DNA from: Octopus sinensis
Taxonomy: Eukaryota
Direction of reading: 5' to 3'
NCBI RefSeq assembly: GCF_006345805.1
Contig: NW_021826581.1
Location: 1 to 12,390 of the forward strand
Length of the DNA stretch: 12,390 nucleotides
Positions 1 to 9,329 of this stretch are shown here, piece by piece (the first letter of the stretch is position 1; every line of letters starts with the position of its first letter). The notes beneath the pieces were generated by a model. It saw nothing but the letters and a program-made list of their open reading frames with translations, made no database searches and was not told where the DNA came from. The position numbers and the translations under genes were made by a program.

Positions 1-93
1 TTTTTATCTACGTATTCCATTAGCTAAATCGTAATGGACGGCTGAAAAATGAAAACCTATGTACACAAGCGCGCGTACATTCAGCGTGTAGAA

Positions 94-197
94 ACACACA
101 TATATATGTATGTATACGTGTATGTTCGTACGTAAATATATGCATATGCATGCATGTGTATACACACACACTCACATACACATACATACACACATAG

Positions 198-228
<31 letters not shown>

Positions 229-605
229 TATATATATATACAGATGTACACATATGTCTATACGTGTCTGTGTTTGTGTACGTGTGTATACGCTAAAATA
301 TACGCAAATATACATTAGATATATAAAGTAGGTATATACACAGAAACACACACACAGACGCACATCCATCCATCCATCCGTCCATTCATCCATCCATCAA
401 TACAAACATACATATATACGTACATACGTACATACACCCATCCATCCATCCATCCATCCATCTATCCATCCATGCATACATACATATATACATACATGCA
501 TGCATACATACATAAATACCAAAATACATACATACATACATACATACATACATACATACATACATACATACATACATACATACATACATACATACATACA
601 TACAT
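94..605. repeat. Compound microsatellite block: (TA)/(CA)n, (CATC)n, (CATA)n, ending in a pure (TACA)n tract at about 525-604
   Basis: Read directly from the sequence. It explains the MYVC/HTH/YIHT low-complexity ORFs. Confidence 0.97.
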
Positions 606-1019
606 TCATTCATATATAAGCAATCACCTGATATGCATACCCAAACAAATTAAGTTTATAATAGACCCTCCAGTATATTAACAGAATAACGTGACCAGTG
701 ACAATAACGTTATGAGATACGAGTTCTTGAATCTACATTTTATTTTTATTGATGTGTTCCTTTATTTTGCCATTGTCTCCTCACCCCTTTGCCCACCTTC
801 CCGCAATCAGTATTTTCAAGTTGGTGCATCCTCATCCACTTTCCAGTCAGTCCTTCTCCGTTGTCCGTGTCTTCAGAACCCTTCTTAGTCAGCTTCTGAT
901 ATCAACTCTCATAGTATATCTCTCTGTTTCCATAGAGACTCAACATAAAAGTAGTTTGCCATCACTTACAAAGACGGCTTTTGTTACAAGGTAAACATTT
1001 ACAATCTAACTAATTAGTG

Positions 1020-1200
1020 CGCTTTTTTATACATTGTTAGAGAAGGAAAATGAGAGAGCGAAAGGAAAAACGAAAGAAAAAATGAGAGTTTGTGTTTCTT
1101 TGTTGGAGAGAGGGAAAGAGAAAAAAAAGAGAAAAAAGCTAAAGAGAGAGAAAGTGAAAGTAAAAGAAGGTGAGAGAGTAAGAGACATACGACTAAGTAA
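1020..1200. repeat. Purine-rich (GA/GAAA) low-complexity tract
   Basis: Almost all A/G on the + strand, e.g. AGAGAAGGAAAATGAGAGAG...GAGAAAAAAGCTAAAGAGAGAGAAAG. Confidence 0.75.
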
Positions 1201-1284
1201 CACAAGTCTATAGCTCTCTCATCTTCAGTCAGATTGGTCAACAACTATAATTAATGAGGTAACACGAGTATAAATCTATCATCG

Positions 1285-1355
1285 CTACCATAATTACCAC
1301 CTTCACAACCACTACCACCACCACAACCACAATCATTACCAACAACAACAATGCC
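1285..1355. repeat. Degenerate (ACC)/(ACA)n trinucleotide tract
   Basis: ACCACTACCACCACCACAACCACAATCATTACCAACAACAACA. Confidence 0.75.
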
Positions 1356-1395
1356 ACTTAGCATCCTTACCAATACCAAGCCATAATATAGTGTA

Positions 1396-1775
1396 TGGAT
1401 TATGGAAGCACTCCGTCGGTTACGACGATGAGGGTTCCGGTTGATCCGACCAACGGAACAGCCTGCTCGTGAAATTAACGTGTAAGTGGCTGAGCACTAC
1501 ACAGACACGTGTACCCTTAACGTAGTTCTCGGGGATATTCAGCGTGACACAGAGAGTGACAAGGCCGGCCCCTTGAAATACAGGCACAACAGAAACAGGA
1601 AGTAAGAGTGAGAGAAATTTGTGGTGAAAGAGTACAGCAGGGATCACCACCATCCCCTGCCGGAGCCTCGTGGAGCTTTAGGTGTTTTCGCTCAATAAAC
1701 ACTCACAACGCCCGGTCTGGGAATCGAAACCGCGAGTCAGCTGCCCTAACCACTGGGCCATTGCGCCTCCACTAA
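1396..1775 (-). mobile_element. tRNA-derived SINE, family A copy 1 (tRNA-Arg-like head), flanked by a 13-bp target-site duplication
   Basis: Minus strand begins GTGGAGGCGCAATGGCCCAGTGGTTAGGGCAGC (A-box TGGCCCAGTGG) and has B-box-like GTTTCGATTCC. It is near-identical to the copy at 2402-2792. Direct repeat ATAATATAGTGTA lies at 1383-1395 and 1776-1788. Confidence 0.92.
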
Positions 1776-2211
1776 ATAATATAGTGTAAACGTTGTAACA
1801 CTCGCAAACCATTGATATGATATAACACTGAACAATTATTATGTTAGTTTTCAGAGTTCGAAGAAAACTTGGAAACAATGTCTTGTATTACATGAAATGT
1901 ATAGGGGTCCTATTTAGGTTTAATTATCAGTTTACTGAATTACACTGTTTCCCGCTGGTTACAAATTTATATTACTGCAAACCCTATCTGAAAGCATAGA
2001 TCTTCAAAAGACATTATGCAACGGAGGAGGTTTAATGTTTCCATAATTTACAAGTTGGGAAGATGGCACCTACTTATTAGTAGCAAAATGCCTCTGTTTT
2101 TATTCGTTTATCGATTTGCTCTCTAAATCTTTCTTTCTTTTCCTTCTTTCAGTCTCTCTCTTTCACTCCCCCCACCCACAAACCACATACATATATATAT
2201 ATATGTACATA

Positions 2212-2358
2212 TTCGAGGGTGTGCTGGAAGGTTCTTGGCTTCAAGGCCTGGTTGGAGATCCAACTTCCGAGTTCTTAGACCGTTGCAATAAGTGTGTGAA
2301 GTTGAGGCGGAAAATCAACTAAACTTCCTAAGTCAGGACCTTTTCAGTACTCCTCGTA
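2212..2358 (+). mobile_element. 147-bp internally deleted mariner derivative with both degenerate TIRs and the last codons of the transposase
   Basis: Left end CGAGGGTGTGCTGGAAGGTTCTTGGCTT matches the reverse complement of the right end, CGAGGAGTACTGAAAAGGTCCTGACTT. TA is present at both ends. The internal peptide FLDRCNKCVKLRRK resembles the mariner C-terminal L..RW.KC..L.G.Y motif. Confidence 0.75.
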
Positions 2359-2401
2359 GACCTGTCTGTTTATCAACGTGTTTGAGAGTATTTGTGCAGC
2401 A

Positions 2402-2792
2402 GATTATGAAAGCACTCCGTCGGTTACGACGATGAGGGTTCCGGTTGATCCGAATCAACGGAACAGCCTGCTCGTGAAATTAACGTGTAAGTGGCTGAGC
2501 ACTCCACAGACACGTGCACCCTTAACGTAGTTCTCGGGGATATTCAGCGTGACATAGAGAGTGACAAGGCCGGCCCCTTGAAATACAGGTACAACAGAAA
2601 CAGGATGTAAGAGTGAGAGAAAGTTGTGGTGAAAGAGTACAGCAGGGATCACCACCATCCCCTGCCGGAGCCTCGTGGAGCTTTTTGGTGTTTTCGCTCA
2701 ATAAACACTCACAACGCCCGGTCGGGGAATCAAAACCGCGATCCTATGACCGCGAGTCCGCTGCCCTAACCACTGGGCCATTGCGCTTCCAC
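2402..2792 (-). mobile_element. tRNA-derived SINE, family A copy 2
   Basis: Colinear with 1398-1772 apart from scattered substitutions and 14 extra bp at 2741-2754. The head GGCAGCGGACTCGCGGTCATAGGATCGCGGTTTTGATTCCC aligns by eye with tRNA-Arg(TCG). No TSD found. Confidence 0.92.
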
Positions 2793-2800
2793 ATATTATA

Positions 2801-4065
2801 TTACGTTAGCAAACAATTTCTGTCGTTTTTTTACCGTTTATTTTATTCTTTATTTTTATCCGCAGCTGCATGGCTGAAACGAATAAAAGAATAAAATCAG
2901 TTAATAATATTTTCTCTTTCATTGTTCACGACTTCTTGCCACCGTTCCACGAGCTTATCAATGCCTTTACGGTAGAAATCACCGGGTCTTGACTTAAAAA
3001 ATTTCTTGGAACTTGGATTTCGGCTCCATATTGTTGAACGAAACAACTTGCAAACTGTAGAAGAGTGACCAAAATAAGGTGTTAATGTGAAGGTGCTATA
3101 TACCTGGAAAATGTAACGGATGCAGTAGGACTTTCCAACCAAATTCTTTCATACCAATTTTGATCAAATTATATTTCTTTATTGCCCACAAGGGGCTAAA
3201 CACAGAGGGGACAAACAAGGACAGACAAAGGGATTAAGTCGATTACATCGAACCCAGGGCGAAACTGGTACTTTTATTTATCGACCCCGAAAGGATGAAA
3301 GGCAAAGTCGACCTCGGCGGAATTTGAACTCAGAACGTAACGACAGACGAAATACCGCTAAGCATTTCGCCCGGCGCGCTAACGTGTCTGCCAGCTCGGA
3401 TCAAATTAGCGATGATACAGGCGTTGTCATGTTGAGGAAGCAGACTAAATCGGTGATGGAGTCGTTGCAGTTGGACTGCCTCGTTGGACCGCTTCATATG
3501 CTGAACGTAAAGCTCTTCACTGCCCGTGTGGTTGTTTCAATAATTTTCCCTCTGCTTCATATTGACGTAAAGAAACCATTTTCATTGTCGGTGGTTGTGC
3601 GCTAAAAGAATCTTTGCTTGTGACCAAGAGTAGCCTGGTGATGAACGAGCAATAGAGAAGCGCTAAAGTTTGTCTTTTTATGTTCAGAGTGCGTGGCACC
3701 TATACACCGAAGTTTTGGACCTTACCCGTCGAGTGAAGTTAGTGAATGGCGGTGTCATGTGAGTATAGCATCCGTTGGGTCAATTTCCAAGAGGATTGGT
3801 GCGGATCCACGTGGATGGGCTCATTCAATAGATTTCCATTGAAATGAGCAAGTCGACCGGAACACAGAGAGCTTGTGAAGTAATTTCCCCTCCTCTCCTT
3901 AAAGCGTGAAAGTCATTTCATTGCAGTTCTTTCAACAACAGCGCATATACAGTGCAAATGTTTCCAGCGACTAAGAAGGCTTTGAAACCAGGGTTGAGTT
4001 CGAATAAAAGTAGGCATCGAAAATGTTCGTTGTTTTTGTTTTTTCTACGGGCACTTGATGTCTGA
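2801..4065 (-). mobile_element. Decayed mariner (DD34D-type) transposon, nearly whole transposase with stops, frameshifts and an internal deletion, interrupted by a SINE
   Basis: Manual minus-strand translation gives mariner motifs in order: NEHFRCLLLFELN (about 4030-3995); GNICTVY..VVERTAMK*LSRFK..SGR (HTH); GKVQNFGV*VPRTL (WVPHxL, stop at 3700-3702); GHKQRFF*RTTTDNE/KWFLYVNMKQR (DEKW); ELYVQHM..QHDNA (3420-3434); GWKVLLHP (3117-3140); FFKSRPGDFYRKGIDKLVERWQEVVNNERENIIN (2897-3005). A TIR-like TA-TTACGTTAGCAAACAATTTCTGTCGTTTTT lies at 2799-2830. The 5' TIR was not resolved, so the right boundary is approximate. Confidence 0.9.
3172..3398 (-). mobile_element. tRNA-derived SINE, family B, inserted in the mariner with a 10-bp target-site duplication
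   Basis: Minus strand reads CGAGCTGGCAGACACGTTAG (A-box-like), GAGTTCAAATTCC (B-box), central GTCGACTTTGCCTTTCATCCTTTCGGGGTCGATAAAT..AGTACCAG, and tail GGGCAATAAAGAAATA. GATCAAATTA is duplicated at 3162-3171 and 3399-3408. Confidence 0.92.
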
Positions 4066-4241
4066 AAAAAAGTAAAATTTATTCAAATTTGAAACGCGAT
4101 AAATAAGAGTTCTTGAGGAACAGGAGAGTTGCAGAAATATTTTAAAATTAAATAAATAAATATAAAGCATAAAACACTATGACAAACAGGATTTTGGCAT
4201 TAATTCAAATAATATTGGAACGAAACGAACGAACAAACGAG

Positions 4242-4310
<69 letters not shown>

Positions 4311-4349
4311 TAGATAGATAGATAGATAGATAGATATAGATAGATAGAT

Positions 4350-4419
<70 letters not shown>
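4242..4419. repeat. (GATA)n microsatellite with a few GATATA interruptions
   Basis: Read directly from the sequence. Confidence 0.98.
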
Positions 4420-5467
4420 GTCCTACAATGATTATATGGCATCCTCATTTATAGAAATGTAAAGTTAGATGTCCTGCTGATATTCAAAACCTGAGTCAAA
4501 GAGAAACGTTTAATATTTAGGGGTGAAGAAGCTATTAAGAAGTCTCTGAAAACCGAAATGAAAACGAAAGTCTTTAGAGTTTCTAGAGCAAAAGAGTACT
4601 TTAAGATAAATGGGATACCAATGAATTTGTGAAATTAAATATCTTTATTTTTCTCAACACAGATGTGGCCCAACAGTTTCTTATTGCCTTGCAATTCGTC
4701 CCTAGTACAAAAATGTTTTTTATTCGTGTTCTTTCGACCTGCTAGTAGCATTAGTCAAGCATTGCTTTTCAAAAGTAATGCTTAAAAATCGGTGCATTAT
4801 TATCAGAAGGAAATGAATAATATATAATTAATTTAAAGTTGTAGGATATACAACATGATACCCTTTGAACTCGCGAGTACACTTTATTTTGAGCTTGTTG
4901 CCTAACAGAAATATCGTTATTTTCAACCATACAAACGAAACCATGTAACGGCCTGCTTCAAGGGAGTATCGCAAACGAATCGCAATCGCAAAAGCTTACT
5001 TGCAAATTCGAAAGGTTATCAATAACTATGCATTGCTTTCTAATACAGCTAACCTGTAGCATCAAGAAATCACCAGAATTTAAGCTAAACGCAATACCAT
5101 TTACGAAATAGAGATACAATAGAGCTTTTATGTATATACTAAAAGAAGACAACTTATCATCGACTCAAACGTTAAGGGAGTTTGTACGTGATCACTCGAG
5201 CAGCAAAATCTCCCTTAAATCACGTCCTATTGTCTTTAAAAAAGGAAGTACACAAAAGATAGGGCGGTCATAGATATGTAAGGGTCATGACTGAAAGATG
5301 ATTGAATATAGGTTTGCTCAAAAAGGACTGATAAAGGGCTAAACGACAACGGCACTGGAAAGTCTTCCTGATAACAGTTGAATTAAAGTTGATCCAAGTC
5401 CCTTTAGATCGGACCTTATCCCAGTTTCCATGGTGTTAAGCGGTTAACAGTATAAAACTTTCCATAT

Positions 5468-5630
5468 ATATGTATGTATGTTTGTATGTATGTATGCATG
5501 TATGTATGCATGTATGTATGTATGTATGTATGTATGTATGTATGTATGCATGTATGTATGTATGTATGCATGCATGTATGTATGTATCTCTGTCCATGTA
5601 TATATATGTATACACACAAATACACACACA
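5468..5630. repeat. (TATG)n microsatellite followed by short TA/CA runs
   Basis: Read directly from the sequence. Confidence 0.96.
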
Positions 5631-5800
5631 CAGTGGGGAAGAAATATGTCTATTATGGTGCTGGAAGATTTCAGTATACATGAAATTACAATACACGTGT
5701 TGTTTAGATTAGATTTATTTCTTAGTAGCAAAAGAACTTAGGAGTTCGTCCGTTTTGCGGATCCATTGGATTTAGTTCTTCAGACTGTATTCTGGGGGGA

Positions 5801-6080
5801 AAATTTAAATCCAGATGCAACAACCATCTTCCTACCTTTAGGCACTCCGAGAAAGAACAGTCTCTACGGCATTAATCTGGAGACTCAAGGACGCGAACAG
5901 CAACTGCAACATCGAATGGAAGATCCTTTCTAAAACAAGACCTTCTAATAACAGATCAAATAGATATCCTGTATGCTAGCTTGAAAATTGTATAGTTTAA
6001 AGAACCTTCGACCAACCAAGGGCTGTATAAGTATCAAAAGCGAGATTTTTGTCACGTCTGATATTACAAAGAACATCTTG
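5801..6080 (+). mobile_element. Penelope-like retroelement relic, C-terminal part of the GIY-YIG endonuclease (resembles the Naiad type), frameshifted with stops
   Basis: Manual translation: KFKSRCNNHLPTFRHSEK (from 5801); after a frameshift IWRLKDANSNCNIEWKILSKTRPSNNRSNRYPVC*LE (from 5875); then KSEIFVT..KNIL. This follows the PLE pattern FK.RY.NH..SFR...LS..IW.LK.....I.W.I....Y.....C.LC..EK.....SE....C.H. Absent from the ORF track because it is fragmented. Confidence 0.78.
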
Positions 6081-6373
6081 ACGGGGTTTAAAGACAAACA
6101 GACAGACCATAACCCATTCCGGTGTTAGTTTATTAAATTTTCGAAACTGTTAAAACTGCTTGTATTTGCAGTGCCTTCAACTTTAATCATCTTCCTTTCA
6201 TCACTCTGCCTCTTTCAAAATGTGTGTGCTCTTTCAAATACCAATTATATCAAATGCAGTTCCTAAACCGTCTTGTTGACTTCAAGAGCTTGAAAAATAA
6301 ATTTAACATTTCGGCTAGGAAACACAGGCTTGCTGCATTTCACAAAGCCTTTTGTGTTTCTTAATAATGCGTG

Positions 6374-6450
6374 TGTGACACACACACGACACACACACGA
6401 CACACACACACACACACACACACGACACACACACACACACACGCCACACA

Positions 6451-6481
<31 letters not shown>

Positions 6482-6482
6482 G

Positions 6483-6514
<32 letters not shown>

Positions 6515-6562
6515 ACACACACACACACACATACACACACACGTACATGCATATATATATAT
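6374..6562. repeat. (CA)n microsatellite with recurrent CACGAC and CATA interruptions, ending in (TA)n
   Basis: Read directly from the sequence. It explains the HTH/CVC ORFs. Confidence 0.97.
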
Positions 6563-6820
6563 TTGCTACGACAGGTGGAATTAACGTTCATGCAGGCACC
6601 AGACTTGCCCTATATCATTGTGTATCAGTTTGTTCCTCACTATTGCATGAAGATCGGTGTTGGAATATTTACATATTTGTATAATTTAGCGGTTCAGCCA
6701 ATGAAACTGATAGAAAATGTACCACACTTGGAAATAAATTTGACTAAACACATCAAGGCGGTCTCCATGCATGACTACAAACCGATGACTTAAACAAGTA
6801 AAAAATAATATGTATATAAA

Positions 6821-7205
6821 TACTCTTTTACTCTTTTACTCTTTTACTTGTTTCAGTCATTTGACTGCGGCCATGCTGGAGCACCGCCTTTAATCGAGCA
6901 ACTCAACCCCGAGACTTATTCTTTGTAAGCCCAGTACTTATTCTATCGGTCTCTTTTGCCGAACCGCTAAGTAACGGGGACATTGTCAAGCAATGCTATA
7001 GGGACAAACACAGACTCAGAAACATATACATATACATATATACAAGCTTCTTTTCAGTTTCCGTCTACCAAATCCACTCACAAGGCTTTGGTCGGCCCGC
7101 TGCTATAGTAGAAGACACTTGCCCAAGGTGCCACGCAGTGGGACTGAACCCGGAACCATGTGGTTGGCAAACAAGCTACTTACCACACAGCCACTCCTGC
7201 GCCTA
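6821..7205 (-). mobile_element. tRNA-derived SINE, family C copy 1 (CORE-like segment; possibly the octopus OR-type CORE-SINE)
   Basis: Minus strand reads GGCGCAGGAGTGGCTGTGTGG (A-box), GGTTCAGTCCC (B-box), CORE-like GGCACCTTGGGCAAGTGTCTT, an internal TA/TG tract, and a (GTAAAAGA)n tail. It is the inverted homologue of 7541-7990. Confidence 0.92.
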
Positions 7206-7245
7206 AATGTATATATATACAATATATATATATATATATATATAA

Positions 7246-7482
7246 TATAAATTTCGTTTTGGGATTTGGTTTGCAAGATTCTTTATATGAGTTCGTGTGT
7301 TGAAGCATATTCTGTTGTGTCTGGGGAGAGTCATTCTCTTTTAGTGCATTAAGACTATTGAAAAGGTTGCAAGACGCAACGAAAATTTTAGAAATAAAAA
7401 TAAGAAATAAGTGGAAATTTTACCGGTGAGTGTGTTATACTATAAGGCACAAAAAGAAAATGACTCTCCCCAGACACAACAG
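7246..7482. mobile_element. Foldback element between two (TA)n tracts, 40-bp inverted repeats (7312-7351 / 7443-7482)
   Basis: CTGTTGTGTCTGGGGAGAGTCATTCTCTTTTAGTGCATTA matches the reverse complement of the right arm at 37/40. (TA)n lies at about 7210-7248 and 7483-7538. Confidence 0.75.
7355..7391 (+). ncRNA. Minimal type I hammerhead-ribozyme-like motif with U3-A8 core variant
   Basis: CTA-TTGAAAA-G-GTTGC-AAGAC-GCAAC-GAAA-ATT-T-TAG: 3-bp stem I, 5-bp stem II followed by GAAA, palindromic stem III (AATT). Confidence 0.4.
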
Positions 7483-7501
7483 TATATATATATATATATA
7501 T

Positions 7502-7540
<39 letters not shown>

Positions 7541-7542
<2 letters not shown>

Positions 7543-7738
7543 GGCGCAGGAGTGGCTGTGTGGTGTGTAAGTAGCTTGCTAACTAATCACATGGTTCCGG
7601 GTTCAGTCCCACTGCGTGGCATCTTGAGCAAGTATTTTCTGCTATAGCCTCGGGCCGACCAATGCCTTGTGAGTGGATTTGGTAGACGGAAACTGAAAGA
7701 AGCCTGTCGTATATATGTATATATATATATATATATGG

Positions 7739-7780
<42 letters not shown>

Positions 7781-7990
7781 ATGTTTGTGTGTCTGTGTTT
7801 GTCCCCCTAGCATTGCTTGACAACCGATTCTGGTGTGTTTACGTCCCCGTCACTTAGCGGTTCGGCAAAGAGACCGATAGAATAAGTACTGGGCTTACAA
7901 AGAATAAGTCCCGGGGTCGAGTTGCTCGATTAAAGGCGGTGCTCCAGCATGGCCGCAGTCAAATGACTGAAACAAGTAAAAGAGTAAAGA
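7541..7990 (+). mobile_element. tRNA-derived SINE, family C copy 2, lying within (TA)n
   Basis: TAGGCGCAGGAGTGGCTGTGTGG...GGTTCAGTCCC...internal (TA)n(TG)n at about 7710-7800...GGCGGTGCTCCAGCATGGCCGCAGTCAAATGACTGAAACAAGTAAAAGAGTAAAGA. (TA)n lies on both sides (7483-7538, 7990-8014). Confidence 0.93.
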
Positions 7991-8304
7991 TATATATATA
8001 TATATATATATATAATAGTAAAATAAATGGATGCAGAGATATATTTCTAAAGTGAAATATATGAAATGTAAGCAAACCTATCTCTCACCACGGTCTTATC
8101 CATCCCTACACAAATTTACAGGATTGTCATAAATATATGTGATGTGATGAGACACTCACAATTGAAATTATTCAAGAAATCGATAAACTCGTCCATTCTT
8201 TGCTTGCATCTTGAGAAATCTTATCGATTATCTAACAGATATTGATTAAGGACAGAAACAGATAAGGCAGAGCACACGTAAATGTGCTCGCACGCACTCA
8301 CTCA

Positions 8305-8354
8305 GTCAGGCAGACAGATACAGGCAGACAAACAGACACACAGACACAGATGCA

Positions 8355-8390
<36 letters not shown>
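8305..8390. repeat. (CAGA)/(CA)n microsatellite
   Basis: Read directly from the sequence. Confidence 0.9.
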
Positions 8391-8391
<1 letters not shown>

Positions 8392-8523
8392 TTATATAAA
8401 GGGAATAGGAGTGAGAGGCAGAGGGAATGATGTGACACAGACTGAAAGAGACAGATTGTAGGAAGTCGTATTGATGGATTTTTGAATCGACAGAGTCAGT
8501 CAGTCAGTTTGATAATCAGACTG

Positions 8524-8620
8524 TTGTGTGTGTGTGTGTATATGCATGTATGGACGTATACACACGCACGCACACACATATATATACATGTACATACATA
8601 CAAATATATATTAACATATA
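8524..8620. repeat. Mixed (TG)/(TA)/(CA)n low-complexity tract
   Basis: Read directly from the sequence. Confidence 0.85.
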
Positions 8621-8791
8621 TACAAATTGAGATAGGGGTTGTAAATACATCCTCCATAGGATAACATATATCCAATATACTGCTAGTGAAGTACCCAACA
8701 AAGTTAATACATAAATGTTAATGATTGCGATGTAATCAATTCATTTACTGTATTATATGGGCAAAGGTAAAATGATTTACCACAAATTACT

Positions 8792-9074
8792 AATACAAGA
8801 TAAGAAAATGGAGAAATACATCTAATCAAATATCAATTACCAGATAATACTCAATCACATACTTTATTAAACCACCACATAAGAGACTGTAGGGTTAGAT
8901 ATAAAAGCAGAACAACCAGTGAATAAATGAACGTACATAAAAAGTGTACATAAAAAAGTAATGTTGTATAATAAGTAGAATATATTGTGGTGGTTTAATA
9001 AAGTATGTGATTGAGTATTATCTGGTAATTGATATTTGATTTAGATGTATTTCTCCATTTTCTTATCTTGTATT
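8792..9074. mobile_element. Foldback element with 88/89-bp near-perfect inverted arms (8792-8879 / 8986-9074) and a 106-bp spacer
   Basis: The arms are identical apart from one extra base (TCTAATC vs TCTAAATC). (TA)n follows at about 9078-9092. Confidence 0.8.
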
Positions 9075-9329
9075 GACATATATATATATATAATATAAAT
9101 GAAACAGGGACAACTGAAGAAGGAATATTCTTTATGTTGTATGCCTCGTTTCCATCTTTTTGTTTTTATTTTTGTTTCTCAATGTGTCCAACGTATTTTG
9201 ATGTCCTGTACCCATATATGCACGTATATATACATATAAATGTAGGGATGTACATATATGTATGTATATATGCATATACTTATATATCAAATTATATCAT
9301 ATTATATTATATATATATATATATATATA

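Noticed and set aside
20-681. ORFs rich in MYVC, HTH and YIHT repeats (also at 4200-4448, 5416-5741, 6263-6793, 7583-7857, 8482-8701)
   Set aside because: They are translations of microsatellites, open in several frames on both strands.
865-880. CTGAAGA hammerhead core heptamers on the minus strand (870-876, about 1222, about 5778) and GTGATGA near 8145
   Set aside because: None is followed by a stem II and GAAA at a usable distance.
1420-1702. Paired similar ORFs MVVIPAVLFHH... (1420-1653 and 2455-2658)
   Set aside because: The similarity is explained by two copies of SINE family A, not a gene duplication.
3117-3145. TTGGTTGGAAAG on the minus strand, first read as a mariner TIR
   Set aside because: It is the coding sequence for GWKV within the transposase.
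4160-4220. Possible 5' TIR of the large mariner
   Set aside because: The match to the reverse complement of 2801-2830 is too weak to call.
5170-5350. Segment that looks like a degraded dispersed repeat ending GGGCTAAACGACAAC
   Set aside because: No second copy, promoter boxes or TSD in the window; the impression is from recall only.
525-5586. (TACA)n at 525-604 and (TATG)n at 5468-5586 are reverse complements
   Set aside because: Expected by chance given the microsatellite density, and they are about 5 kb apart.
6805-7220. ATGTATATA on both sides of SINE C copy 1 as a possible TSD
   Set aside because: It is low complexity and does not abut the element ends cleanly.
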